DNA of 64,000 bases from the human T2T-CHM13v2.0 reference genome, Homo sapiens: the NCBI RefSeq assembly GCF_009914755.1, contig NC_060928.1, one strand, 5' to 3'. Positions 1-17,938 of this stretch are shown piece by piece (the stretch's first letter is position 1; each line of letters opens with the position of its first letter). The translations under genes and the position numbers were made by a program. The notes below the pieces were generated by a model. That model ran no database searches and had not been told where the DNA came from. It saw only the letters and a list, made by a program, of their open reading frames with translations.

Positions 1-1269
1 TTCATGCTTATGAGCCTCTGCTTCTGCTCAAAGGAAAACATTAATCTAGATTAGTAAGCAACTAGATTGTTGAATAAGCTGTCTCAAGAATATTTCTACG
101 CTACATTTACAATCCATTTTTTCTAAAAACGGGTACAATGAATTACCTGAAATACTCTCTGAGAATTGTTTATGCAAATATCTCTTGGTCAATCATTCAG
201 CAATGACCCAGATTTTTAGATCACTCTTCCTCAGTAAAATGTCTTGAGAATTACAGAGAAAAAAAAAAAGACATTGTTACAGAGAAGGAAATCTTGTGGC
301 AAGAAGCATTTGGGGCTGAAAGGTAAGTAATAAACCAAAATATACGTGGGTTAGTATCCTGACACTAAAAGATTATGATGGGAAGCCAAGATAGGCATTA
401 TAGCATCAGAACTTTCTAGGTTTTTCTCATGATAATGAAATTATGTGATTTTTACAACCGATTTCATAAATATTAGACCTAATGTTGATAATTAAATTAT
501 GTGGTTTAACACATATTTCTATAAATATGAGACCTCAATTTTCTAGGACCTCAGAAGAATAGAAAAGCTTGAATGCAATAAAATGGAGGAGACAATTTTT
601 TATCTTTAATATGAGCTTACTTTATATCTGCAATAATGCATTCAGTAAAAGATATATGAAACTCCCAGGAATAATCATATCAATAGAGATTTATTCTAAG
701 GAGTAAGTTATTCTCAGTTATACATTGAGATAGAATTGTTTCTAATAACTCTGGGGAAAAAATGTATTTAAAGGAGTTGTGTCATCTGCTTAAAGAAGTT
801 TGGTGACTTTTCCAAAAACTAAGAGATAACTAGAAAGTGGTAAACTGGTGGTAACATTGTTTGGAAAACAAAATGCAACTTTCTTTTAAGGTAAAAATTA
901 TGTCTGAATTTTTTTCAAGATTATACAAAAAGTCACTAAAAACTGACTCATTTTCTCAAAATTATATTTCCTAAAAGTCTTCAATAAGAAAGATATTTTA
1001 TTGTTGGATCATGTTACACAATTATCTCTCATAGCAAATGTAAGCAGAGTTAGATTTGGTCTCATTACAAACATTTGGTACAAACATAGGTACAACTGAC
1101 TAGCTGACTGAGTATTCTTATTTATGACTTTTAGAGAGTTAGATGGTGTTCATTCAAGATTAATTACTCAAAATTTGTTCTTTAAATATCTCAAATCTGA
1201 TCACATCCCAACCCTGCTTACATCCATTTCATGACATCCCATTGTTGTTGGGTTAAAGACTCTTTAGGT

Positions 1270-1790
1270 TGGGAAGGACATAAACCCAACAAAAAGTAGA
1301 TTGCCCCCAAAAAAAGGGGAAGTGGAAGACGGATTGACTAGCATAGTGAAAACTTGCATAAATAGGTCATCTTCATGTTTAGCTAGAAAAATGAGCTCAA
1401 ATGATATCACCAGGATTCCATCTCACTCTGCATTTTCCAGCTCTCATTTGGTCTATTTTAGCTCTGTTGTCAGGTGGGTTCTTCATTCATGATAGATGCT
1501 AGAAACTCTAAGCTTACATTTTATGTTTGCAACATCCCAACAAAGAACTGAGTCTCATTTTCTCTGATTTAACTGATTTAGCTATGATCCTGTGATTCAG
1601 ATATCCACAATAAATCAATCACTAACATCACAGGGATACAATGTTCTGACTATCCAGGGCTGTGTCAATGTTGGCCTTGAGGCTAGACGTGAAGTCAAAT
1701 TCACCTAGTCACATGTAATAAACGTAGGGAGAGGAATAGTTTCTCTGGGAAAATCAGACATGAACCTAGGAGAAATGGATTCTGAATAGG
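1270..1790. mobile_element. Possible ancient MaLR (MLT1-like) LTR remnant
   Basis: Degenerate MLT-like motifs seen by eye only. Confidence 0.3.
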
Positions 1791-3089
1791 CCAAAATCAC
1801 ATATTTATTCCAGTTTACCTCTTGGCTGCACAAGCTCATGTATCTATATCTTTACCTAAAAATTCAAAAAAACCCAAGCCTACATTAAACAGTAATATCA
1901 TATGTAATCAAAAAAAATGTATCAGCATCACTTCAGTTTTATTCAGTTGCTGCATCCAGCCTGAGTCCAGATTCTACTGTTATTGTGCCTTTCTCATGGT
2001 CCAAAAACCTATCTTTAAATGATACATTTGACCATCTCCAAGAAATCTAATATGCATTTATTTGGAGGAAACAAAATAACTATCATAAAAACTCCTACTT
2101 GAAAAAGGGGATTTGGGTGGGAGGTGGCAGAAAATGATCACCGTTCTTTAGCATATATACTATCCTGCTAGACAGGAGCAGCAACAACCCCTTGTCCTGG
2201 TCTTGAGGCAAATTCCTTGGTCAGTCCTTCAGTCTGCTCTTGGCTCTGTCTTTTGGGATGCCGTTGTTGCTTGTCCTTTATGGTCACAGCTGCCAAAGGC
2301 ACTGGGGATACCCACTTTCTGGTTATCATACCCTACTGATAGTGCTGTTTCTGTTGGTATAGATTTAGGATCCTGACTGAGTATTGCCTCAGGGGTTGAG
2401 CAATCATAGCACTCAGTTTACGGGTATTTGCATTTCTCTGGAAACCTCTGTTCCTTAAAAGTTTACTAAACTCTACAATCTGTTTCAAGTAAATTCAGTT
2501 TGTTTACAACAAAACTGAGTTAGTATTGCATTCTAATCCTTGATTCCAAATTCCAAATTTGTTGTTTCTGTCTTCTAAGTCTCAGTGCTCTGTCTCCCCA
2601 GGTAGGCAGAATTCCTAGTTTCACTCATAGCTTCCAATTTTATTCTACTCTCCCTGCCTTTGCTAACACTAAATTTAGATGAGAGTGAAGCAGAAATGCT
2701 TCTGACTTTTGGCTGGCTTGTCTATCAGGACAAGGGCCGAAAGGGCTGCTCTTAGTGTTTTTACTGCTTCCAGAGAAGCCAGCTTTTAATGCAGCTGTTT
2801 CTTGCATGTAGGACGTCATTAAACCCTACAAAAAGGAACAAACACATTTCTGGGGCTTTTTTTCATATACATCCTTTAATCTTCGGCCTCAGTGGACACA
2901 TGGTCTGAGCCCCAAGATATAAAAGACAGGTTAATCAACATCTGTGTCAATTTCTCAGCTAAAGAAAGAAGGATCCTCATTGCCTCTTTACTACCTGAAT
3001 TGAGCCAATTCCACATTTAAGGGTCTGTTACTTACAACGCTTCAAATCTTGACCCATTTAAAAAATATACAAATCAGGACTCTTTCAGA

Positions 3090-3500
3090 TCTAAGTGTCT
3101 AAAAAAACCTCAAACAGGCTTGTTTGGTGAGAGAAATTTGCTGGTTCATAAAACTAAAAAGTTATGGAGTAGATCTGCTCAATGATGTCAACTTGACTTA
3201 CCTCTTATCTCTCTGCTCCTCTATCCTCTGTGTTGTCTACGCCACAGAAAAGGCATTTCCTTTGAGAAAATGAGTTTTTTCCTTCTGGCTGCTAGTAGTA
3301 TTAGGTTTACATCCCATCACATCAGCATCCCCGGCACAAACGGAATACTTTTCCCCAACAACACAAGCAGAAGGCCCAGAACTAACTTTATTGGTTCTTA
3401 TTGGCCTAGCTTGGGTTGTATGTTTTCCTTTCTTAGTAATTTCTATGGTGAGAGGAGGATTATTCTCCAACTGGCCAAGGCTGGATTAACACATGTCCAG
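3090..3500. mobile_element. Possible ancient MaLR (MLT1-like) LTR remnant
   Basis: Degenerate motifs (CTCAAACAGGCTT..., ATTGGCCTAGCTTGGGT) typical of MLT1. Confidence 0.35.
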
Positions 3501-3505
3501 ATTTA

Positions 3506-3796
3506 GGCCGCGCACAGTGGCTCATGCCTGTAATCCCAGCACTTTGGGAGACTGATGGTGAGAATCACTTGAAGTCAGGAGTTTGAGACCAGCCTGGAGT
3601 TTCATCAACATGGTAAAACCCTATCTCTACTAAAAATACAAAAATTAGCCAGGTGTGGTGGCGCATTCCTGTAATCCCAGCTACTCAGGAGGCTGAGGCA
3701 CGAGAACCTGGGAGGTGGAGATTGCAGTGAGACAAGATTACACCACTGCACTCCAGCCTGGGCTACAGAAAAATACCCTCTTCCCCCCCAAAAAAA
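3506..3796 (+). mobile_element. Alu SINE
   Basis: GGCCGCGCACAGTGGCTCATGCCTGTAATCCCAGC...; central A-rich linker; short tail. Confidence 0.95.
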
Positions 3797-3929
3797 TGCC
3801 CAGCTTTGTAGCTAAAGATAGAGAACCTGAGCCTTGTGGTTTGAAGGTTGGCTTTCCAAGGATAAATCATAGTGTTATTACTTGACAAAAGAGGGGATAG
3901 ATCTTGGGTAGGTAAAACAATAATAATTT

Positions 3930-4375
3930 TTTTAAAGACTCAATGTGTCATATAAGGCCCTGGATGATCTGACCCCTGCCTGCCTTATCTGCCTTATCTG
4001 ATTGTAGTCTCCTGCTTACCCTTTGGGCTCCACCCCACTGGCCTTATGTCATTTCCCATTCTGCTTGTGGACATTCACATGGGCAATTTCCTCTGCAAAA
4101 AGCAAAGCTCCTTTCTTCAGTTTTCATTGGATTGGTTCATTCCTACAAATTTTTCAAAGGTCAGCCCAACTATCACTTCCTCAAGGAAACGTTAGGTTGA
4201 CTCATAAACTGGCTTGTATCCCTCCTGTTATCATCCCCCAAAGTCTCTAAACCTTTCATTTATATCTCTTACCATAATTGTAATTTAAGTACCTAATTGG
4301 GTAATTTTAGCTCCATGAGGACAAAATTTCTCTGTAAATTTAAAAATATGGTATTACTGAATGGATAAATGAAGG
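3930..4375 (+). mobile_element. L2 LINE 3' fragment
   Basis: AAGGCCCTGGATGATCTGACCCCTGCC...GCTCCATGAGG...TGAATGGATAAATGAA, L2-type motifs. Confidence 0.5.
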
Positions 4376-4686
4376 CATGAGAAAATGGGAAAGGTAAAGG
4401 AGTACATAGGTGCTGAAAGTTATTACTTTGTTTTTCCCATCGATCTATTTCTGGATCTAGTTTTTCATCAGCTCTCTCTTTCTTTTGTATATCAATACCA
4501 ATATCTCCCACTGTGGGTTGTTCACTATTGTGTAACAGAGAAAATTAGTTGTAAAACATAACACTGCTATGAGGGTAATTTGAAGCAAAACATTGTCTAT
4601 TTCAGAAAATGAGCACTTTACACTGGTGCTCATCATCTGAAATGGATAAACCTAGGTGAAGTGCTAGTTCAGTGATTTACCAGCTC

Positions 4687-5044
<358 letters not shown>

Positions 5045-5097
5045 TGAGGATAATAATATCCACCTTGCATAATTCTTACAAGAGTATGAAGGCAATA

Positions 5098-7780
<2,683 letters not shown>

Positions 7781-7930
7781 CATATTCTCTGGGCCCAGCA
7801 CAAGCAATATTCTTATGATTATTCTTGGATCACAGAACTGTCACTGCAGTAGCAAGCATAGATTTAAAACCATAACCATCATTGTACATCACCCAGATGA
7901 AGATCCTTTTGCCAGTGTAAGAAACATGGC

Positions 7931-8273
<343 letters not shown>

Positions 8274-8424
8274 CTATTTTAGCCTACGTCAGTAACTATG
8301 GAGACTATACACCAATTCTGGAGAGGCATGTGGTGAAAATTCCCTCAGGTCTTGGGATTTAATCTATAAACTTACCTGAACCATAAAAAGAAAACTTTAT
8401 ACTGAGTCAATTGGCTCTGGAAAA

Positions 8425-8506
8425 CCAAAGAATTTCTGTGACTTGCTTTATTATGATACTCTTTTTATTTTAGTGGTCTGGAACCAAACCCATGGTATCT
8501 CTCATA
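8425..8506 (+). mobile_element. Tigger1 3'-terminal fragment
   Basis: TGTGACTTGCTTTATT...GTGGTCTGGAACCAAACCC...TATCTC; reverse complement of 5100-5180. Confidence 0.65.
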
Positions 8507-8699
8507 CTTTCTTATCAGACAGAAGAAGTGTATTGAAACCATTCTCTTTTATTGCTTAAGGCAGAAGGGGGTGAGGTTTGATGGGTTTAGTCCTTTGTAA
8601 GACCTCTCCTCTACCTCAGCTTGTCAGTAGAGTGATTTTTTAAAAGACCCAATTTTTCAGGGACCTTATTCAATATATTATATTTTCTTCCCTTTAACT

Positions 8700-10090
8700 A
8701 TGCACCTCAGTTTGCTCTCTCCCATTAGCATTTAGACATGCTCAATTCTTTCCCATCTTAAAAAATTCCTTTCTCAATCTCACATCCCCCTGTAGCTACT
8801 CTGCTATCTTCTTCCTCCTCTCTGTAGCGAACATTCTTTAAATAGTCATCCGCACTCACTATCTCTACATCCTCACTTCCTGTTTAGCATTCAACCTCAG
8901 GCAATCTGGCTTCTGTCACCACTGCTCTTCTACTAAAACTCATTTTGCCAAGGATTGCAATGAATGCACCACCATCCAAGGGATACTTCTTATTACTTGT
9001 CTCAGGTGATAGTTCAGTATGTGGCCCTGCTAATGCTCTGTCATGAAGCATTTCCTTAATTTGGCTCCCATAAAACCACACACATCTGGATTTCTCCTTT
9101 AGGGGCTCCTCCTCTTTCTCTCGAACCTCGAGAGTGGTGTTCCTCCGTTTCTCTTCTGGAGTTCCACTTTTCTTCTCCCTCAGTGTATGAGATTATTTTC
9201 CTCAACTGCCATCTTTATGCTGATGATTCACAAATTTCTAACTCCAGTCTGGATCTTTTTTCTGAATTTCGGGCTCAGATACCCAGCTACTCACTGTGTA
9301 TCTCATAATGGATGTCCTTCCAGTGCCTGAAACTTAACTTGTTCATCGTGATTTCTTCTTCCCACAACCCCCAAACTCCTACTCCCAGGTCCTTCTATCT
9401 TCTTTTTATCTCCAGTGAAAGCCACTACCAACCATTTTGTCGGCCAGGTCAGAAACCTGGCTGACATCCTCAATCCTGCCTCTGCCTCACCCTGCTCCAA
9501 GGTAGTTACTGTGCTCCATTCCTGCTACTTCTGTTAATACCTCTGGATCTACCCATTTCTATCTTCTCTATTATTGCCTAATTTCTCATCTAGACCACTC
9601 TAATTTTTCTACTCTCTCCTCATAGGTGTCCTAGCCTCTGTTATTGTGTTCTCTCAATCCATTTTCCCCACAGCAACTACAAAAATATTTTCAAAGCCCA
9701 AATCTAATCATTTTCTTCTCTTTTCAAATCGATTATTGATTTCTCAGTCCACTTAAGCCACATTCCAAAACCCTTACCATGATTTAAAGTAACCCTCATA
9801 ATCTGATCCCTGCAAACTGCTGCATCCCAATAGTATGAACTCTTCCTCTTTACTTTCTGTAAGGCTTTTGGAATTAATTTTATTTCATCAAACATGTCAT
9901 GCTCTCTTATGTCTCTAATATAGATACAGTCGTTTATCTAAAGCAAGCACTTTTCTCTTGACTTACCACTTGGCCTGAATAATTCCTATTCATCCTTTAG
10001 ATCTCAGTTCAAATGTTACTTCCATGGAAAGATCTCCCTGAACCTACAAGGATGAATATTAAGCACCCTTCCTATTGCATCCTGGCATAC
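8700..10090 (+). mobile_element. L2 LINE fragment
   Basis: Pyrimidine-rich L2 motifs (TATGCTGATGATTCACAAATT, CCAGGTCAGAAACCTGG, CTTTAGATCTCAGTTCAAATGTTACTTCC). Confidence 0.7.
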
Positions 10091-10196
10091 TTTTATTCAC
10101 ATAACTCAAAATATAGAACAAGGCTGGGAAAATAGAGCATGAGAAATGCCACTACTAATGTGAAACAAGAATGAAGAACAAATATGTGTCATTCTT

Positions 10197-10502
10197 TCTT
10201 TTTTTTTTTTTTAGAAAAAGACATTTATTCAGCGTCACGATCTGACTATTACATTTAGCAATCAAAGCATGGGTGCAAAAAAAAATCTACATTAAAACCC
10301 TTTGTTGGAATGCTTTACACTTTCCACAGAACAGGAACTAAAATACCCTGTTACACAATTAGTCACAAATACAGTCCTCGAGTTTTTTGCCCATACACAT
10401 GAGTATTTGTCTAAAACATGTCTTCTTTGTAGCAGCTAGGCCCTGCCACCACTGTGCTTGGCTGAGTTCACAAATCTGTTGTAACCTGTAGCTTCCCTGT
10501 CA
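10197..10502 (-). pseudogene. 5'-truncated processed retrocopy of the HNRNPA1 3'UTR
   Basis: Minus strand reads TGACAGGGAAGCTACAGGTTACAACAGATTTGTGAACTCAGCCAAGCACAGTGGTGGCAGGGCCTAGC...GACGCTGAATAAATGTC then poly-A, which I recall as the HNRNPA1 3'UTR. TSD TGTCATTCTT at 10187 and 10498. Confidence 0.85.
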
Positions 10503-11476
10503 TTCTTATAACACAGTTGTGAGAGACGTTCTATGACATTATTTCCATCTACTTCTGATCCTTCTGTATTTTGGGGATTTCCTGGGCAGATCTCCATGAT
10601 GACACAGTTTACTCTGTTTGATTTTGGTCACGGACTGATTAAACTGTCTCTCTAGAATGTAGAAATCAAAACACAAATGACACATTAGTCTCTTAATGTA
10701 TCACCATAAACTATGATAAATTAGAAATTCACATTTGAGCAACCATTTATGTAATGGAAATGAGAATAACAAGCCTTCATTTCTACAGTTTTTTTTAACA
10801 AAAAAAATTCTGTAAATGTGTCCTGACTAGGTTAGATTTTATTCATCTCAAATTCTTTGGTAAGCTCCTCCCTCCTCTCAATTCATGGCACATACCTTTC
10901 AGGAGCAAAGCAATTCAAAAGTCCCAACTAAAAGTGGGAACTATAACTATTTCCTTGGTCACCCCACAGCTATGATTTTGAATTTTATAAATTACTACAA
11001 AAATTCACATCTTTCCCATTGGCTCCCATCAATAAGTCTCTCAAAAGTAAAAATGTATGCTACCAAGTAAAGTAATTATTGTTTCAAAAAGCTAATGATT
11101 CTATAATAAATACATTCTACATTTGCCCTTTTTCTAAAGATATTGGATATGCAATAAGCATTATTGCTCGGTAAGCAGCCTTGTTGGAGAACATTATTAT
11201 TTACCAGAATTATATGAAATTTTTCTTTTCATGAAATAGTTTAGAGCAAAATGTTTCACTCATTCCAGATTGTATGCATCAAGTTTCATTCTGAGTTTTT
11301 GTTTCATTAGAAAATATGTGAATTTGAAACTCTAAACTAAATCCACCAAGCCCCATCCCTCCAGCCTTAATCAATAAAAAGGGGAATTGTTTCAATAAAT
11401 TTCAAAATTTAAAAAAAAAACTTTTCATAAAACTTTCAGTTTATAAACTTCTGGTCTAATGATTTTTTCTCATTAC

Positions 11477-11478
<2 letters not shown>

Positions 11479-11523
<45 letters not shown>
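11479..11523. repeat. (CA)n microsatellite, ~22 units
   Basis: Direct reading. Confidence 0.97.
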
Positions 11524-11527
<4 letters not shown>

Positions 11528-12625
11528 TCTCTCCCTCTAGCTCTTTCTCTCTCCTCTCTCTCCCCTTCATCCAAACATCTTTCTCAGTTGCTTTGAAGGG
11601 GAGACAGCAAGTAAGAGCTCCAAACATTTTGTCTTTCATGCCTTTGAATAACTTATTCTTTCCCTTAGAAATGCTTTTAGGGAACAGATTAACTTTCATC
11701 TCACATTTGGAATAAACAGAATTACTATCACAGTGGATGGCCTACTTAAAAAAAATACACAAAGCACTCTCTTCCTAAATGTTTCCTTTACTGTAGCATT
11801 CTCCTCTATCTGTGTGAGCACAGGCAAGGAATGAAAATGTATCAACCTATGATACAATGTCACAAGTTGGTAAGAGCTTCTTTTCTGCCTTCAGGAAAGA
11901 ATTAAAGTTGGCTATTTCCCTTTAGTTTGTGGAAAGAATACTGAAGAAAACTTGAATTTGAGAATTTATCACCTGCTGTGTCACCATGGGCAAGTTCTTA
12001 ATCTCTCTGACACGTTCCTTCATGTATTAAACACATGTTCCCTGGTGTTAAAAAAGTAAAATTCAATAAAATGGAAATTATAATGGTCTTACCTGTTTTC
12101 AAGATTACTGTAAATACTAAATGACATAATGCATTTTAAAGGTTTTTTGTAGGTTTTCAGTAGTGGAGGCTAGACTACAATCTTGGATCCTATCATATAC
12201 TTATTGCCTAAGTTTAACACTTCCAATAAGTGTGTTTTTGGAGTTTCTCTTTCTAAATTTTTTGAATATCTATTTTTGACCTCACACTACCTTTACCTTT
12301 AACAGCAATTCTCACTTATCAAAATTATGACTTTACTGTTTCACCAAATTTAAATTTAGAGACTCTCTCATTCTTGTTCACTAGTAGACAGTGCCTATTG
12401 ACATTGTGTTACTAAAGGGGTTTCAGAAAATTTTCTTCATTAAAATTTATCATCATCACCCTAGGATCAGCATGCACCTGACCACTAATCCATGCTAAAG
12501 AAACCCTTCTTCAATAGTTCTCACTGTCTTGCATCTTCCTATCCAGTCAAACTAGGGCCAGTGTTCATAAGATTTCAGAGAACCTCAATGAAATGCTCCT
12601 TTGGGATTTGTTTTTGCTATTCTGA

Positions 12626-12656
12626 TGTGTGTGTGTGTGTGTCTGTGTGTGTGTGT
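12626..12656. repeat. Interrupted (TG)n microsatellite
   Basis: Direct reading. Confidence 0.9.
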
Positions 12657-13759
12657 TTTCACCTTCTACCCTAGCCTGTCAGAAACCCCTGTTTTGTGGT
12701 CCCTGCTTGGATATAATTTATTCTCTTGAGTATACAAGTCATTGTGAAATGCAGAACAATTGCCTGGCAACCAACCCATGTTCACTTTAGTGGTATGCCT
12801 AATTACTAACAGATCAAGGTTTTCTGCCAAATCATAATAATATTGTACTCTGAGATATAACATAAGAAAACAAATTAAACAGAGGTTGGTAGTGCAGAGC
12901 TTCGCAGGAAACTACTTAGCCTCTCATGCTTGCACAGGCTTTGAGTTGGATCTGAGTCAGAGCTCAATTTTCCCACACATCTCCAGAAAATATGAAAACA
13001 CACTTTAGAAGATTTGAAGAAAATTGGATATCAACTAATAGCTACCTTACTTCCTTTTTAATTTGCCTTCTCCATATAGGGTGTCTGTCGGAAAGGGAAT
13101 AATTTAACTTACTGGGGCCTAAACATTGTTTAATCTCTATAGGTCTTCCTTCCAGGAAGAATTGCACTAACTGTTAGCATGATGCCAGATAATAACACTC
13201 ATAAACTATTGCATGACTATTATTTTGGAAAAAGAAAAAAAATCATATTCAACTGGTCTAATTGCCAAGATTATAGGAATGGCTTAAAAACTTTAAAATT
13301 TTTGACAAAACTCTATCAGTAGAATTTTCCCATGAGAATAACAACAACAACAAAACAGAATATTCTTCACACATGGAACTCAGGCAATGTTCAGTACTTC
13401 TTTCTCCCCACTGCTTCAGGGCATTGTTCCTGTCACTTACATTTCCCCCTAATCATTCTTATTCACTACTGATGATCTGAGTCATTCTTCAGCTGCTAAT
13501 TATGTCTTCCTCAATTTTTTGACCTATCACAAGAGAATTCAGAAATATTTAATCAATATGAAATATCAAAAGAGTTAAAGGCAGCTTTGCAGGATCTTTG
13601 CAAAGGAAAGAGTTCCACTATACTATAGAGAGATATATAAAGTCTGTTCTTTGTCATAGGATGTTCTATGAATGATAATATTGTGTGCCTGTTAACTATT
13701 CATAATAGGTGTAAACACTAAATGTTTTTATTGCGTTCTCACACATTAAGCCATCCCAG

Positions 13760-13912
13760 TGATTTTCAAGCACAGTTTGTACATCTCATTGTGAATCATT
13801 CAAAAAGTATTGTTACTCCTGCCCCATCCCAGACCTCCTTAATCAGAATCTCCAAAAGGCCTGCGGGGGTAGAGGAGGGTAACCTAGTCATGCATATTTT
13901 TCAAAAGCTCCC
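13760..13912. mobile_element. Possible MER5-like hAT DNA transposon remnant
   Basis: CCCAGACCTCCTTAATCAGAATCTCC and TGCATATTTTTCAAAAGCTCCC motifs. Confidence 0.45.
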
Positions 13913-14945
13913 TAAATTAGATTTTGTTTTCCCAATTGAAAGGTTTGGTGCTATCCCATTCTGAGCATTTTATTAATATCACCAAAGACCCATGTCCGAT
14001 TAATGATTTCAGTAGATGGCGCTCTTTCCACCTGCCAGCTTCCTTGCTTGGCGGAATGAACCCTAAGCCATTCATAAAAGTCAAGGGCAGGTCAAAGGTG
14101 CAATTCCCACCAATATTGAAAACATACACTAGAACTTACCTTTGCAAACCAATTGTTAGTCGGTTAAGACACACGTTAAAGTGGTGGTGGGGAAGGGGTA
14201 CAGTATCACATTTGCTTATTACATGAATGTAATTATTCTTCTGAAGAGTTCAAGAATGTCAACTCCCTGGCACAAAATTGGAAACTAAAGAAACAGAGTA
14301 GAAAGCAGTGATTTTTTTTATAAAGTAGAGATTTGGACAAAAGAGGTTTTTTTAAAAATATGAGAAAGATATAGGAAATACTGATGTTACTGCTATACAA
14401 CATACTGTGTGAAAAACTTATGATGGGGCAAACATAGATGTCTGTATCTGCTAAATTGGGAGACAGCACCAGGTAGCCTGCAAGATCATCAGCTTTAGAG
14501 TCAGCTAACCCTGATTGAGACAATTCTTCCCGCTATTTTATAGCAACCAAGTTACTTAGCCCTTAATTCTCAACAAGATATTACCTACTTTACTTGGTTA
14601 TAATAAGCATTAAATTAAAAGAGATAATGAATGTAAAACAATTATTTCAATGCTTGGTGCACAGCCAGTATTTAACCAATAAACTTACTTTTGGAGTGCT
14701 AAGTAAATGTAGGTGCTGAGTTTTTAATTTTTTAAGTAGCAAAGGATAATAGAAAATTAACATGAGGTTTTGAAGGGAAGATTCCTTTACCAGTCAGTAC
14801 TAATAATGGTGAGAAAAAAATTAGAGGAGGATAAGCAGGAAAAAAACAGAAGGTTAGCTTTGGTATAATAAAAAAGGCCTAAACCTTAATTCACAAAATT
14901 TAGATTTGTAAGGTGCTCTCTATTTACAGGATGTCTGACCCTAAG

Positions 14946-15047
14946 TAAATCAATTAATCTCATCTTTAATATTTATATGATGGAAATTACATTAAATAAA
15001 TCACTTAACCTCACCTTTAATATTTATATGATGGAAATTACATTAAA
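14946..15047. repeat. 51-bp tandem duplication
   Basis: Two copies of TAAATCA(A/C)TTAA(T/C)CTCA(T/C)CTTTAATATTTATATGATGGAAATTACATTAAA with 3 mismatches. Confidence 0.9.
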
Positions 15048-15401
15048 TGCCATTTTTAATATGACATCATTTTGCATATTAAGTCATAATACACATAAAA
15101 TGCCAAAAAACTATAGAGTCCTATAAAATGGTGCTGAGGTAATTATTAATAGTTAAATTTTATTGATTACTGAAATTCATCAATAAAGTTAAAAATTATT
15201 CTTTCAAAATAAAATGAGATACTAAGTGAGTTAGTAAATTTGGATGAGGACAAAAAGAGTAGTTACTGGATTGTGAAGTCAGAATTTATGAAAAGAAAAA
15301 GTATTCCCTAAAATTGTAAGAGATTGGTATTAGCAATATTTGCAATAATTGTGGAGGAATTTCCATGATGTTGTCCCACTAATGATTCTAATATTCTTTC
15401 A

Positions 15402-15512
15402 TTTTCTTTTTGAGACAGAGTCTTGCACTATCACCCAGGCTGGAGTTCAGTGGTACAATCATGGCTCACGTGGCTCACAGTCTTGAATTCCTGGGCTTAA
15501 GTGATCCTCCTC
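15402..15512 (-). mobile_element. Alu monomer fragment (old)
   Basis: TTTGAGACAGAGTCTTGCAC...AAGTGATCCTCC. Confidence 0.8.
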
Positions 15513-16146
15513 AGTAATATTCTTTCTATAATGCCTTTGCCAATACTTTTCAGTTTATCTTATATTCTACTTTGCCCCCATTAAATTAGTACACACATTG
15601 GATAGTTCCTGATTTCATTAATTTAATATTATATAATTTGTATTTTTTCCTTAAAATTTTCAAATTATATAAAGAAAAATTAACCAAATAAAATCAGATT
15701 AGGAAAAAAGTAACTAGAAATCATAAGAGATTCTATCGAGATTCTCATCATATTATAATCCCTGGGTTTAGACAATAATTTTTATTAATAATAATTTATA
15801 TTAATAAGCTAAAATATTATATCTCAATATGTCATCTATTGGAGACTGTTGAAACTTAGTATTCTGTGTTAAATACGTACCTACATATAATGTGCAGTAA
15901 TGTAACCAAACAAAATAAATAAGAAAGCTTTTTAACCGCAGTGACTGCTATGCTGTTTGATGGTCAATTGTCTTTTAAGCATACAGAGAATCTTTATCAT
16001 GTTATACTTCAGAAACATGTTTTTGGAGATGGGAAACAACAGGCCATGATTTTATGTTTTTGTTAAACCAGTATAATTCTTTCAAAGCAGTGTATATCAC
16101 AACTATTTCTCTGTGTTGAAGAGAGTATCAAGTTCTTAAAGAAAAA

Positions 16147-16333
16147 TGTAATCCCAGCACTTTGGGAGGCTGAGGTAGGAGGAGCACGAGGTCAGGAGTT
16201 GGAGAGCAGACAGGAGAATTGCTTGAATCCGGGAGGTGGAGGTTGCGGTGAGCAGAGATCGCGCCACTCACTCCGTCCTGGGTGACAGAGTGAGACTCCG
16301 TTTCAAAAAAAAAAAAAAAGAAAGAAAGAAAGA
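16147..16333 (+). mobile_element. Internally deleted Alu
   Basis: Left arm joins the right arm at GGAGTTGGAGAGCAGACAGGAGAATTGC; A-rich tail. Confidence 0.85.
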
Positions 16334-17344
16334 ACATTTTCTATTCTGCAGGTGGGAGGAAATGAAGAATGCACCTATTATTTTTGTGTTAGTACAACAT
16401 AAAAAAAAATTTGCATTGTAAAGCAAACTACCATCATCAGCTCTTTAATGGACAGCAGCAGACAGGAAACTGCCTCCACCCTGAGACTTAAAGACTGAGC
16501 AACTGAGTTAGATAGCAGGTGCGCAGGCTAATCAAGTCAATTTTCTAACACAGAGTAGCATGTTGTGGAACTTGTTCTATTAGTCTTTTTTCTCTGTTAA
16601 GGAAGCAAGGATCTCTCTGTATGGAAGCAGTGCTGCTATTTCTAGTTTGAGGAAAAAAATGGTAAAGAATTTGATAATTAATTGTTGTTAAAACAGCAAA
16701 TTATATTTTAAACACAGATTGTCCACACCTGTAGGAGGAGGAATCTCAAGAATGCACACAATTAATAAAAGCTGGTTCTGAATTACCCATACAAGTGCGC
16801 ACTGCGTTCAGTAAACAACTGATTTGCAAACTATATCCTTTCTTTCCCAGAAATAGCAGGAGGAAGTTTTTCAAATCAAAAAAAAAATCTAACTAAAATA
16901 TTTTATACGTGAAGGCCTGCAGAATTTTACTTCCTTTTGCTGTTGAAAAATCACAATAGCCAAGAGGAGTAATGTATTTTATTTTAACTTTTAAAAAGTC
17001 ATGATGGTTAAGGGTAGAGTGGAGGTGCAGAGAAAGAAGTTGGCAAGAAAATGTTCAGGGCCTGTTGTAAAACCAACTGCAAGCCAAACATGATTCCAAA
17101 TAGGTAAGAACACCCTGTTACAACAGAGAGCAGTTTTCAAAGAAGAAATGAGAGGGAGGTGACCTGAAAGATCATTTCCCAGTTATAACTAAAGGAACCT
17201 ACGGATACTTTTATATTAAACACATGCTAATATAATATTTTCCACATATTATTAAATGTAAGAAGATATATAATTATATACTTCTATAGTCAGAAACAAA
17301 ATAACTCCTAGAAGTAAATGGTTTGTTACTGTAGTAGTAGTAAC

Positions 17345-17938
<594 letters not shown>

